From: Mobula birostris
Taxonomy: Eukaryota
Direction: 5' to 3'
NCBI RefSeq assembly: GCF_030028105.1
Contig: NC_092379.1
Location: 26,405,821-26,469,820, forward strand
DNA: 64,000 bases
In this document: positions 25,290-37,632 of the stretch, in pieces
Layout: every line of letters starts with the position of its first letter
Position numbering within the stretch: the first letter of the stretch is position 1
Notes under the pieces: model-generated
Database searches by the model: none
Told to the model about the DNA's origin: nothing
Seen by the model: the letters and a program-made list of their open reading frames with translations, nothing else
Made by a program: the position numbers and the translations under genes

Positions 25290-27417
25290 GATAAAATTGC
25301 GGGTACAGCTCTCGTTTTCATGCAGGTCAGCACTGTGGTAGCGGTAGCTGAGTACGGCGATTTCAAAGACGGCGTTCTTTCCTTTCTGAGGAGTGAGGGG
25401 AAGGAGTGGTCGAAGTTGGAGTGTCTAATTGGTCCACGTCCATTGATGAAGAGTGAGAACTCTGATGACCGTCCTTACCTCTCTGGAGAATAATTGGAAA
25501 ATTCAGATCTAAAGTCCCAGTAGGTTCCGCCTATGGTCTGGAATACAGCCAAACCCTAAAGGGGAAGAGGAGTATGAACCTTAGGCGCAGCGTACGTGCA
25601 GGTTATTAGATGAGTGGCAGAGCTCTAATCTCGTAAAGAGAAAGAGACTGGTTGAAAGTTTGAACGTTTTGAGAGCCCTCAGATTAAAATATCCCCTAGC
25701 GAACGTGAGGGATAACTTGTCTGCACTGGAAAGCTCTCTGGCCCGAGAGGAAACCAAATGGAGTTCATGGTGGTGTTTCGGAACATGCGTCTGGAGAAGG
25801 AGAAGAAACTTTCTGCTTTTTTTTTTTTTTTTTACCGCTGGAGTGGCAGCTGTATCGATGCAGCGCAGAGCGGTCATTCAGGCGCTTGAGATGGATCCGT
25901 TAAGGATGGTCAAATAGCCAGCCGCGCCCAGTCCATGAACCTGATTGTTTGACGTCGCCAACCGTCTCGCAAGACGGGCGCCATTCATCTTCTGTTCAGC
26001 TGCTCAGCAAGATAATTCGGGCACCGGTACCATTTGGGCAGTGGTCAAAAAGGGAGACAGGGCTGAGGCGAAGAAGATGAAACATGCGTGGCTTTGAGTT
26101 GTAGAAACAAATCTTATACCAGGTCACGTCCTCCTGAGTCCGACCTCGCAGTTGCCAGCTGGTTCTGCCTGAGAAACATCGGAGAATTGTGTTAAAGTCA
26201 GTTCATGATAATTCTAGACATTTTGGGGGTGGAAAAGACCTATGGATTGCTCAGAGACCGGTTTTGCAGTCCGGGGATGAAATCAGAGGCCGAAGAATAC
26301 TGCAGGTCGTGCATTTGATGCATACGGCAGAAATGCTGCTTACGGAGGCAGCTCGCTTGTCCAATCTGCAGACTGCGGGTCCCCTGGACCTGATGTGTAT
26401 GCATTTCATGTCACAAGAACCTGATCCCAGCAACAGGAAAAACATCTTAGTCATTATCGACCACTACACAACATATGCTCAGGCTTTTCCTGCTAAGGAC
26501 CGGAGGGCAACCACGGTGGCAAACGCGTTATGGGAGAAGTATTTAATCTATTATGGCAACTGCAGGCGGATACATAGTGATCATGGACGGAATTTCGAGA
26601 GCAGACTCATCCATGAGTTAGTGAGACTGCTTGGATTGGAGAAGCCCTATCACACCCAGCGTGATCCCCAGCCAGAAAGGTTTAATCGGCCGTTGCTAGA
26701 CATGCTCGCGACCTCGGAGATCAGCAAGAATAGCAGGTGGAGTCAACATATTGGACATTTGGTGCACAGTTACAACTGCACACGAAATGAAGCTACTGGG
26801 TACTCACTATATTACCTGATGTTCGGGCGCGAGGCGACGTTGCTCTTTAACCTTTGCTTTGGACTGATGAGGGTGACTTCCCATTGAAGACTTACCTAAA
26901 GTATGTGTCTGACATGGGATGCGCTGTAATGTGCTAATGAATGAGCTGGGATCGCGTCTGCCAATCGGAATCAAGGGAATAAGAGGAGATATGATCATCA
27001 GGTGACGTTCTCCCAACTCCTGCCAGGTAACAAGAGTCCACATAAGGAATCTGGGACGACCTGGAAAGCATAAGTTCGCTGATCGCGGGTCGGCTCTGCC
27101 CTATGTGGTGGAGAGTTGGGTGATAAACCTATTTGTTTTTCCGGTGAAACCAAAGTATGGATATGGGCCTGTCAAGATTGTTCATCGGAATCACCCTTTG
27201 CCCCAGAGTCAAGAGATGCAGGTGGACCCAGAGCCCGACTTGGACACTACACCTAATAAGAGGATCCTGTGGAAAGGCGGGGCGACTACAGGGCCCCCAA
27301 CAGTCTATTTTATGTCGGCCCCCACACCTGAAAGCGTTATTAATCCCGTTGATGAGGACATGGATGTGTGTTATATGCTGTATATCGCTAACTGCCAATT
27401 AATTGAGGAAGAGACTC
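25290..27417 (+). mobile_element. Decayed Gypsy retrotransposon remnant (integrase region)
   Basis: ORF 26189-26887 has the rve core: PLDLMCMHFM...NILVIIDHYT.YAQAFP...IHSDHGRNFES...PERFN...HLVHSYNCTRNEATGYS.YYLMFGR. Confidence 0.8.
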
Positions 27418-27765
27418 TGTCACTAGGTGGGAAGCAAGGGTTTACCAAAATGCAAGACACAAACACGTCTTGTGAGGTTAACTAAATTGTGTTTATTGCT
27501 CGTTACAAGGACTGCAAAGCAGAAACGGGAATAGCGTAATGGACAAGGACTCAGGCCCTGGAGTAGGCTTAGACTAAGGGTCTGGTCTAGGACTCGGAAC
27601 ACCGAACTCGGAGCCAGGACTCGGAAAACGGACCTCGGAGCCAGGACTCGGAACACGGACCCCGGAGTCAGGACCTGATACTTGAAACCTCCAGAGCCAT
27701 GACTTGAAACCTGAAACCTCCAGAGCCCGGACTTGATACTTGAAACCTCCAGAGCCAGGACTTGC
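27418..27765 (-). mobile_element. Inverted LTR fragment of the minisatellite-rich family
   Basis: The reverse complement ends GTGTCTTGCATTTTGGTAAACCCTTGCTTCC...GTGACA. Contains ~27-bp (GGACTCGGAA..GGAGCCA) and ~28-bp (ACTTGAAACCTCCAGAGCC) repeats. Confidence 0.65.
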
Positions 27766-28597
27766 GGCTAAAATATTCCATTCAGAAGGTTCAAAGGAAC
27801 ATCTAAACAAGCCTGATGCATTTTGGAAACAAGTCCTGCGGACTGATGAAGTTAAAACCGAACGTTTTGGCCGCAATGAGCAAAGGTATCTTTGGTGAAA
27901 AAAAGGGTGCAAAATTTCATGAAATTAACTCCTATTCAACTGTTAAGCACAAACATGCATCGATCATGCTTTGGGCTTCTGTTGCAACCAATGGCACGGG
28001 GAACTTTTACTGGTTGAGGGAAATATGAAATCAAATAAGTAACAAAATATTCTGGAAGCAAACATCGCACCGTCTGTAAAAAAGCCGAAGATGAAAAAAG
28101 GGTTGGCTTCTACAACAGGATAATGAACCTAAACACATATCAAAATCCACAATGGACGACCTCAAGAGACGCAAGGAGACGGTTGTGCCATGGCCTTTAC
28201 AGTTTCCTGATCTAAACATCATCGCGAATCTAGGATAGACTTCAAAAGAGCAGTGCATGCAAGATGGCCCAATAATCTCACCGAACTAGAAGCTGTTTGC
28301 AAGGAAAAATGGGTGAAGATCCCCCAAACAAGAATTGAAAGGTACTTGCCAAAGGGGATGTTACTAAGAACTGCCATGCAAGGTGCCCACATTTTGCTTG
28401 GGAACCTTTTCCTTTTTTGTTATTTTGAAAGTGTAAAAAAACAGAAATAATAAAAGTTTTCTTGATAAAAAAATATTAAAGAAATGTGTCACTTTCACCT
28501 TCATGCCTTTTGGAAATTAGTTCATCTTTTACACGCTTAGCTATTCACAGTAACAGAAATTTTGACCGGGGTGCCCAAACATTTGCATACCACTGTA
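27766..28597 (+). mobile_element. Tc1/mariner DNA transposon remnant (3' half of transposase + TIR)
   Basis: Translates to WTDE-like, STVKH..ASIMLW and QQDNEPKH...WP.QFPDLNII (DD34E region). Ends GGGGTGCCCAAACATTTGCATACCACTG-TA. Confidence 0.88.
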
Positions 28598-29243
28598 TTC
28601 TCGTTTTAGTCTGCTTAGAACATTTTGTTTTCATTTATGTTTTTTTTCTTTTTCACCACTTATTTTGACCTTAACTGCTGAATAGACAGTTGCAGTGAAT
28701 TTCATTTTTTCCTTGAAATGTGTATAATATCTGGAAAAGTGATAAAAATCACAAATTTACTACTGACAAATGATATCGGGGTATAATAACATATATGATC
28801 ACCATACAACAATAGGACATAGTAGAAGAATTAGGTCGTTTGGCTCATCCTGTCCAGTCTGCCAATTCGTCATGCTGCTGCCCAGTCTATCCGCATCTCC
28901 CCATATCCGTTCATGGAATGTTCATATTCTCCCCATATTCAGGGTAATTGAAGCGCCGAAACCTGAGCACATGCCGCTGTTCTTTCGGTACCAAGACATG
29001 TATAAAGCAATTTGCGTTGGCTCAATTTCTGATGACCGACATGATCAATAGTTGAGCAGATGTATTCAGTAGCAGGTTTTGAGCCCTGTGACATTTCAGA
29101 TTGCAGGGACTTGTCAGTATTATTGCTTTGCTCATTGTAAACAGCCGTATAACTAGCTACAGCTGTATACGCCCACGTGTTTCTTCTTTTTTTCAATCAG
29201 CTACATCCAATGTGTCAGTGGAAACAACAGGTTTCATGCTTTG

Positions 29244-29281
29244 CGTTTTTGTGAAGGTGTAGAGCTGACTGAGCCAATGTG
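29244..29281 (-). other. RSS (22-nt spacer) of the V pseudogene
   Basis: Minus strand: CACATTG + 22 nt + ACAAAAACG. Confidence 0.82.
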
Positions 29282-29715
29282 AGCGTCAAACCAGAACGAT
29301 ACGTGGCGGAATTTGAAACAAGAGCCCCGGTGATGCTGAAAGTAAAACACCGACTATTTCTGTCCAATAGAACAGAAAATCTGTCTGGCATATCGGAAGA
29401 TTGTTCCTCGAAATCAGTGCTGAGCTTCTTCATTTGAAATTTCGGTGCTGTCTTGGGAAACTGAGTGCACTAGAAAGCAGAACCACGGTCATAAACTGCA
29501 GAATAGGTGCAGCTGAGCGTTATCGTTTGTCCTTCTTCAGCCGTCAGTTCAGACAATATCTGCGATACTTCTTCCTCGCTACAAGCTCCTGCAAGAAAAT
29601 TCGACACAGTTAACACTGTGAGCGTAAATCACAGCCACATGGAGCATGGATTCTTAATTTTAGACCCACTTGGAAGGAGGATTATTACTATCACTTCCAG
29701 ATGTGCGAAGCAAAT
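29282..29715 (-). pseudogene. TCR alpha/delta V pseudogene (leader 29715-29670, V exon 29588-29282)
   Basis: Reads GACSEEEVSQILSELTAEEGQTITLSCTYSAVYDRGSAF*CTQFPKTAPKF...DRFSVLLDRNSRCFTFSITGALVSNSATYRSGL. Lesions: Trp to TAG (29470-29472), second Cys to Ser, ATG to ATT. The donor GTGGGT is intact. Confidence 0.9.
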
Positions 29716-30018
29716 CCTGTTTTCTTGAAGGCAGATAAGTTAAGGTGCTCATGTTTATATATAAGAACATAGCTAAAAAAAGGGCGGGTTTATTTTGCTG
29801 AGAAATGGCGTTCTCCTCGTTCACGATTTGCGTTTCACAAAATTAAGACAGGTTTGGCACAAATCATCGTCGTCTATGTACGTAATTATGTGGTGCATTA
29901 ATATATTTAACGTACCACAAAATATCGGATGAAATCAAAAGTAGCTGGAGTGTAAATACAGGCAATTTACATTTGGCACTTTTATTATGATCATGAAGAT
30001 GAGGAGATGCCGCATGAA

Positions 30019-30021
<3 letters not shown>

Positions 30022-30062
<41 letters not shown>
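30022..30062. repeat. (TC)n microsatellite
   Basis: Direct inspection. Confidence 0.95.
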
Positions 30063-30066
<4 letters not shown>

Positions 30067-30165
30067 ACCCCCCCCACCCCACTCACTCACACATATAATA
30101 TGAGAAGAAAACGTAAAAAAACGTAATTCCTGGGACCTTGTCATATTGTGTTAGCTTAGTTGTAC

Positions 30166-30852
30166 TATTACATACCTCACGGATACCGTGTGACTGTCTT
30201 ATGAGGATGATGTAATGGTCTTTCTATTGTAAGGTACAGAAGTGTTGGGGCGGTAGTTTCGCCAATCGCTACCAGCTCTATTGATGTACCTTTTCAGTAA
30301 TATTAGAGAGTGTAGTCGGGAACCTGAAGGAGTCGTTCGGGGGTCTTGGTGAATCGACCATTACTGAATTCGTTGAAGTAATAGTGATCTGCATGAGATA
30401 ACTTTCGCTAAAAGCTGCTGAAAAGGTTATGCAGTACCTAGTCTACGGAGGAAATACGTCAGTGCCTTTAAACCGTTTTATTACGGTCGTCGTGAGTCCT
30501 GCTGACAAGGCAGGTTTCGGCTGGGATGGACAGTAACGTGGAGTCTTCGAGGAGTACTTTATTTCAGGAACGTCTCCCTTAATTAACTGTATAAATTTCT
30601 TGGACTTTCAGATTTACCATTCTTAGTACTGTGTTCTCGTTTAGCACTTTAAGACTGTTCGCCTTTACCACTTTAAGAACTAGCACTGATTTATGGTTTG
30701 TTCCAGTTAATTGGCCGCATAGCAGTTTACTTCTGGTTAAGGTTTTTGCTTGTTAATCTTTTTTTAACTAATTTTGAACAGAGTTTAGTAAATGTTTATT
30801 CGTTTATGAAACCTGACTCGTTTCTATATGTATTGTTGCCGTTCATGTGACA
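30166..30852 (+). repeat. 5' LTR of the Gmr1-like element
   Basis: Shares CATACCTCA.GGATA..GTGACTGTCTTATGAGGATGATG and the rest of its length with 35262-36271; ends TGTGACA. Confidence 0.88.
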
Positions 30853-30856
30853 TAAA

Positions 30857-30874
30857 TGGGGGATCGTCCGGGAT
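30857..30874 (+). promoter_or_regulatory. Primer-binding site complementary to tRNA-Pro
   Basis: TGGGGGATCGTCCGGGAT, 4 nt after the 5' LTR. One mismatch to TGGGGGCTCGTCCGGGAT, the complement of the tRNA-Pro 3' end. Confidence 0.88.
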
Positions 30875-33800
30875 GCTCCGATTCTGAGCTCAAATGCTTG
30901 TTTATTTATCAACCTGATTTGGAAAAGGGAAGAACTCGATTATGTTATTTGATTGGTATGTGGGTGGTATTCGGCAGCAATGGGTATTGACGACTTTATG
31001 AAGTCGCTAAACCTGGAGTTTTTAGAGAAGGCGAATAAGGGTGATATATCCGAGATTGCTGGAAGGTTGGAACTTAAAGAAATTGCCAAGGTTACAGCAA
31101 AGCCCGTAATTCAGAGAAAAATTGAGGAACATTACATATATTTGGGTGTTTTTGATGAAGCGGAGTAAAGCAGCGATCCAGTTACACCTGAGCAGGTAGC
31201 GTTAGAAAAGCTTAGAGTAGAAGCTGTTTTAAAACAGAAACAATTATAAGCTGACTTGGAACGGTGCTTGTTAGAAGCTGTAAATAAATAGAGGACATTT
31301 AAATAAGAGAAACCAATAAAAGGAGGGAGTTTGAGCTACAAAAGGAGGAATTAAATTCGGAGATTCAGGCTTCTGGTTCTAAGAAACAGAAGTGTTGCTA
31401 GTCGAGGGGTTATTTTGGCTCCTCAATTTAATGAAGCAAAAGTGGACAAATATTTCCAACATTTCGAAATTTTTGCTCTCAGTTTAGACTGGCCGAAAGA
31501 GAGGTGGTCAGTGCTCTTACAAAGTGTAACGAAAGGCAAAACACAACATGTTTATGGAGCTTTCAATGCTGAACAAACACTGGATTATGATATTGTGAAA
31601 AAGCATATATTGAAAGCGTATGAAATGGTTCCGGAAGCAAATCACGAAATATTCAGAAATTTGAAGATATCTGTGAAAAAAAAAAAATACGTGGGATTTG
31701 CCGACGAGAAATCTATGTGTTTTGAGAGACAGGTTTCCTCTGAAAATGTGAATGGGGAGTATAATAAATTTAAAAAATTGATATTACTAGAATAAAATTA
31801 AAAGGAGCATTCCTGTTGAAGTGAGAACATACTTAAATGAAAGGGACACTGCTACATTGCAGGAGAATGCTAAATTAACTCATAACTATGCTTTAATTCA
31901 TAAGAATGCATTTTTTTCTCCCGGTAGGATTTTTAAAAGGGGGGAAATAGCACACAGAGTTACGGTAAACCAGAAATTAAATCAGAAGTTAATGAGAAAG
32001 GTAAGGATGAAGGGAGACATGTGAAGGAAGGACATTTTGGTCTTATTTGTAATTATTATACGAAACCCAGACATGCAATAGCTAACCGTTTCCGGTTGAA
32101 GAAGAAAGAGAAAGAAGCAGTCCCAGATGCCTGTGTGAAGCATATGGAAACGCCTTTAAATCCACAGAGTTTGATAAATACCAGTGAAGGTTTGTCAGAG
32201 TGTGATCAAGTTAAAAGAGGATATGAACATTTTATAATGGAAGGATTTGTATCCATGAAAGAGGAATCCAATCCTGTACCAATGAAAATACTTAGAGATA
32301 CTGGAGCTTCTCAATCACTAATGTTAGACAGTGCTCTAAAGTTGAGTGATACGTCTGCCATTGGTGAGGTAACCTATATAAGAGGAGTTGGGAGTGTCCT
32401 TATGGCGGTACATTTAAGATCAGGGTTAGTTACAGGGCTTGTTAAAGTAGGAGTACAACCCAGTTTACCTGTGAATGATGTTTCTATTTTGTTAGGGAAT
32501 TACTTATCAGATGGACTGTTTTTTTTTGTTTTCCTTGAAGTGCATTTGACAATAAAGCCCAATTCTGAGGAACCACAGAGGGATTCTAACACAGCTTCTT
32601 CCTGTATTGCAACCCGAGCTATGGCCAGAAGGCCTGATGTACAGGATGAGTTTGTTACCCATAACTGTTCAAGTCGGAATGTGAATTTTGAGGATGTGTC
32701 AGAAACATTCTTGCTTTCATTATTTGATCATGAAATTGGAAGTAAATCTGACCATGAAGATTTGTCTTTATCTAGGAAAGAGATGATAGCACAGCAGGGT
32801 GGAGATTCTCAGATAGTTAAATTAAAGGAACAAGCTCTTCCAGATAGTGAAATTGAGAATGTGTCAGTAGGATATTATTTTGAAAAGGGTGTATTAATGA
32901 GAAAGTAGAGGTCACCTACAATTCCTGCAAGTGAAGAATAGGAAGTTAATCACCAGGTAGTAGTTCCTATAGTTTATCGAAGTGATATTTTAACTATGGC
33001 TCATAGTATGCCTTTGGGTGGCCATCTATGTGTAAAGAAAATATGAAAAATTTTTTTAAACATTTTGACTGGTCTAGTCTGAGAAAGGATGTGGCGACAT
33101 TTTGCAGGACGTATCATAATTGACAAATTGTGGGTAAACCTAATCAACTTACTTCAGTGACCCACTGCAACCGATTGCAGCATTTGCTGATCTGTTTTCC
33201 AAAATTATTATAGATTGCGTAGGCCCATTGCCAAAAACTAAATTTGGACATAAGTATTTGCTGACCGTTATGTGCACAGCATTTAGGTTTCCAGAGGCAA
33301 TACCTCTTAGGAATGTAACAGTCAAAACTGTGGCAAAGAATCTTGTAAAATTCTTTACTTATTCGGGGTTTCCTCAGGAAATACAGTACAATCCGATCAA
33401 GGATTTTTTTTTTTTGTTTTGTTTTGTCTGGATTGTTTCAGCAATAATTTATAAACTGGGAGCAAAGCAGATTACCTCATCTGCATGTAATCCAGAATCG
33501 CAAGGAGCGTTGGAGGTATTCCATTCCACCAGTAAAACTATGATTAGGACGCATTGTATGAAAAATCAAAATGACTGGGATGAAGGCGTACATTCCCTGT
33601 TTTTGCAGTACGAGAGGCAGTACAGGGATCATTAGGTTTTAGTCCTTTTGGACTTGTGTTTGGGCATAGAGTTCGAGGACCTTTGGCCTTGTTGAAAGAA
33701 CAGTGGGTTATGAAAAAGGTACACACTAATTTGCTGAATCATGTTTTGAAATTCAGAGAAAGGTTACATAAAGCTTGTACCTCTGGCAAGGAAAATTTCA

Positions 33801-35252
33801 AATTTGTTATGATAAGGAAGCTAGGATGAGGTTATTTAAGCTTGGAGATAAAGTGTTGCTTCTTTTCGCTCTTCAAATGAACGAATTGCAAGCTAAATTT
33901 CATGGTGCTTATGAGATAAAATCTAAAGTAAATTAGGTAGATTACGTGATAAAAACTCCAGATCGAAGAAAGCCAATACAGCTGTGTCATCTAAAGATGA
34001 TAAAACCGTATTATGGGACACAGGCTGCTATTATGACTGTTGTGGTCAATAATGAGTCTAACCTTTCTAAAAACCTAATGGATGATTCATCTGAAACTCA
34101 TGTGAAATCCAACGTTATTTCTGTCAGGTTACCAAATTCAACAATTCTAGAAAATATTCCTGAGAAATTAGCTCTTAGCAGCCAGAGCAGAAAAAGCGGA
34201 TGTAACAGTTAATTTTAAAATATAGGAATTTATTTCCAGACGTTCCTCGAAGAACCACCGCAGGCTTCCATGATGTAGAGGTTGCAGATGCAAAACCCAT
34301 AACACAACATCCGTATCGGATCAACAGTGAAAAATGTGAACTTGCTGAACAAGAAATGAAGTATATGTTAGAGAATAATATTATTGGACATTCTAATTTC
34401 AATTGGAGTTCACCGTATGTTGTGGTGCCTAAGCCAGACAATGGTGTTCGATTTTGTACAGATTACAGGAAGGTGAATGTTGTGACAAAAAAAAAAAAAA
34501 AAAAAAAAACGCTGCATATACAGTCCTGAGGGTAAAAGATTGTGCGGATAAAGTTGGAAAAGCAAAATTCCTTACAAAGATTGATTTGTTAAAAGATTAT
34601 TGGTGTGTTCCATTGACGGATAGAGGTAGAGAGATTTTTTGAATTTGTAACTGCATCTGGGCTATATGAACATAATGTTCTTCCATTTGGTGTGAAGAGT
34701 GCAGCCGGAACTTTCCAGCGGATGATTAATATTGTGATTCATGGGTTAAAAGATACAGATGCCTATATTGATGATTTTGTTACAGGAAATAATACTTAGA
34801 AAGCACATATTGCTGCGGTGGAGAAACTATTTGAGAGACTTTCAAAAGCTAACCTAACTATTAACTTAGCTAAAAGTGAATTTGGTCATGCCACGGTGAC
34901 CTACCTAGGTTATGCAATAGGTCTGGGCACAGTTAAAGAAAATGGTTAAAGAAATAAATCATACTCCAATTTAGTAACAAAGTTTGATGTTACGGGAGTA
35001 TAATATTTTGATAAATCATATTAAAGGTAAAGACAATGTGATTGTTGATTGTCTATCTAGATGTTAAATGTACAATGTCATTTTTTATGGAGTGATATTT
35101 TAACACTTGTAACACTCCTACTGTATATTGGTTTGAAAAATGCTGTATGATAATACTGTGTATATTGTGTGATCTGTAAATTTTATACATTTGTATTTTT
35201 TTCTGTCAATAGTTAATTGTTGAAATTTTGCTCCTGAAATACCTTTTTTTTT

Positions 35253-35261
35253 GGAGGAAGG
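35253..35261 (+). promoter_or_regulatory. Polypurine tract
   Basis: GGAGGAAGG immediately before the TGTTG start of the 3' LTR. Confidence 0.75.
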
Positions 35262-35540
35262 TGTTGCATACCTCATGGATATGTTGTGACTGTCTTATGA
35301 GGATGATGTAATAGTCTTCCGGAGGTCACATGATGTTAATTTTCCCATCGATGTGAGGTCACGTGATGACCTGCTCTCAACAGGTATATATAAGGGTAGA
35401 CCGCTGGTGACACAGTTAGTTTTACCAGTTGACTTTTAAGTTTAGTTTGTCAGTTAATCCGTATTGCTGTTTGTTTGTTTGTTTGTTTGTTTGTTTTTTA
35501 TGACGCAGTTTCGTTTTAAAATAGAGTTTTACTTTCTATT

Positions 35541-35641
35541 AACAACACACATCAACGTTGCTGGTGAACGCAGCAGGACAGGCAGCACCTCTAGGAAGAG
35601 GAAAAGTCGACGTTTCAGGCCGAGACCCTTCATCAGGACAA
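35541..35641 (-). mobile_element. 101-bp Penelope-type/retrozyme-like mini insertion with 14-bp TSD
   Basis: Flanked by the direct repeat TTTTACTTTCTATT (35527-35540 and 35642-35655); contains a hammerhead motif. Confidence 0.75.
35606..35639 (-). ncRNA. Minimal type-I hammerhead ribozyme motif (Penelope-like)
   Basis: Minus strand: GUC-CUGAUGA-AGG(GUCUCGG)CCU-GAAAC-GUC-GAC. Intact CUGAUGA/GAAA core, stem II AGG/CCU, palindromic ACGU stem III, GUC cleavage triplet, stem I GUC/GAC. Confidence 0.75.
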
Positions 35642-37593
35642 TTTTACTTTCTATTGTAAGGTACAGAAGTGTTGGGCCTGTAATTTGACCAATCGCTACC
35701 AGGTTTGTTGATGTATCTTTTCAGTAATATTGGAGAGTGAAGATGGGGAACCTGAAGTAGTCGTTCGGCGGTTTTGAAGGTGATCAACCATTAATGAATT
35801 CGTCCAAGTAAGAGTGATCTGCATGAGATAACCTCTGCTGAAAGCAGCAGAAAAGGTTGTGCTGTATCTAGTCTGCAGAGGAAAAAGGTCAGTGCCTTTA
35901 AAGAGTTTTATTTCCATCGCTTGAGTCTTGCGAACAAGGCAGTTTCGGGCTGGGATCGGCAGTAATGCCGAGTCTTGGATGTATTCTTTACTGCAGGAAA
36001 GTCTCTCCTAATTGACTGTATAAATCTTTTGGACTTTCAAATTTACCATTCAAAGAACTGTATTCTAATTTACCTCTTTAATCTGATCGCATTTACCGCT
36101 TTCAAAATTAGTACTGAGTGGCGGTTTGTTAAATGGCCGCATAGCAGTTTACTTTCGGATAAAGATTTCGTTTGTTTATCTTTATACTAATGTTGATCGG
36201 AGTTAAATAAATGTTTATTTGTTTATAAAACCTGATACATTTCTATATTCATTGTTGCCGGTGTCCTGACAGTCAGTCGATAGCTTCCTGTGCTGTGCCG
36301 GTCATGATTGACTTGTTGGAAATATACAGCATCTCTTTCCTATTGGTCGCCTTGCGTTTGTCTGCAAGACACTCATTTGCACAGTGATGTCTCGAGCAGC
36401 GCTGAATAGCTCTTCAAAAATTAATCTTTATAGTTAGGGGAGCAGACGAGCTCGCTTAAAGATGCATCAAACTTGCAAAAGAGGTAGCTTTGTCGTTTGT
36501 GTAACGTGGGGGTCTTCGACATTTGCTCGATTCCTTCACTGCTTATAAACGAATGATTGAAGTGCTTATTCACTATCAATGTCTTCTGTCTCGCTCATCA
36601 AACCTCTGTTCGGTTTTCACAGTAGATACATGCAATGATCAAAGAAACCTGCAACGATTGTGTGCTAAATATATTCTATATTGAAAAATACAGAAATATT
36701 CAGCAAATCGGAATGTAATGCCAAATGCAAGAGAATAATTTTAAGATGTTAGTATGCTTTAACATGTGAGAACTGTGATGAAGCGACATTCTTAATTTCT
36801 CTCCCCATCTCCTTCGCGCTCAATTTCTATCTGTCTATCTATTTCCCTCACTCTCTCATTCTCTCTCCCTAAGCATTTACAATTAAAAACCATTGTTTTC
36901 ACGTTCAGTAGAGTTGTCCCATCGTAACAAAAGCAAAGCTGGATACCAAAAGCAGAACTCAGTGGATTGCAGGGGAATAGAAAAAAACACTGGGTCACAT
37001 CACAGGAAAGTTGGGTTTATGCATTGTAACGAGAGAGCTATGATTGGTGGTGAAGCCAAATGCAGGGCAAGGTGTAGTAATAACTCAGACTCAGACTTGA
37101 TATAAACATGAAATCATAACCGAATTGTTAGATCAGAACTATTACCGTTATGAATGGAAGTCCCATGTTTGAGCGCAAAGTGCTCATCGTCAGCGACTTA
37201 ACCACAGATTTTCCACGAAGTAATGTGGCAGACAATAATCGGTTGTCTGGGTCTTAAATATACAGTAGCATGTAACGGCACAGCGGGGATTAGGAACACC
37301 GAAATCAGGACCAAAGCCGTTGTTTCGTGGGGACCATGGCTTATATGAAGCAATTAATGTTGCCTTAATTTTGGATTACCGATGTAGATCACTGGTTGAA
37401 CAGGTTCAATTGAGCAGCAGATTTTTGTACCAAATAACATTTCGGTTTGTAGTCTGCATTATAACTTTGCTAATTGTAAACAACAGTTTTAATTCGCTGC
37501 TCCTCTGCACGCTTGACTCTTTCTACTTTTCTATCGATCAGCGCAGTTCAACGCGTTTGAGCGCCCCCTGGAGACAACACGCTGGATTCTCTG

Positions 37594-37632
37594 TGTTTTT
37601 GTCCGGATCTATCGCTATTATGAACCAATGTG
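37594..37632 (-). other. 23-RSS of the V pseudogene
   Basis: Minus strand: CACATTG + 23 nt + ACAAAAACA. Confidence 0.88.

Larger units (their letters stand above)
30166..36271 (+). mobile_element. Gmr1-like Gypsy LTR retrotransposon (gag-PR-INT-RT-RH order), decayed
   Basis: LTRs at 30166-30852 and 35262-36271. Domains in order: gag-like PQFNEAKVDKYF (31.4 kb), PR ILRDTGAS (~32297), integrase DCVGPLPKT...YLLTVMC...FPEAIPL (33.2-33.7 kb), RT WSSPYVVVPKPD..VRFCTDYRKVN and YIDD (~34764), then the RNase H end HIKGKDNVIVDCLSR (~35020). Confidence 0.9.
35262..36271 (+). repeat. 3' LTR of the Gmr1-like element (longer than the 5' LTR)
   Basis: TGTTGCA...TGACA. Carries ~220 bp absent from the 5' LTR plus a 101-bp insertion. 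Confidence 0.88.

Noticed and set aside
25310-25337. CACTGTG as a J-segment heptamer
   Set aside because: No GGTTTTTGT-like nonamer at 12 or 23 nt, no FGxG downstream, and it lies at the edge of a Gypsy remnant.
27590-27760. Short direct repeats as a CRISPR-like array
   Set aside because: Contiguous tandem units without unique spacers, inside a eukaryotic LTR.
36380-36422. CACAGTG...TCAAAAATT as an RSS (also 44347-44389)
   Set aside because: The spacer is 27 nt in both copies and no V end precedes the heptamer.
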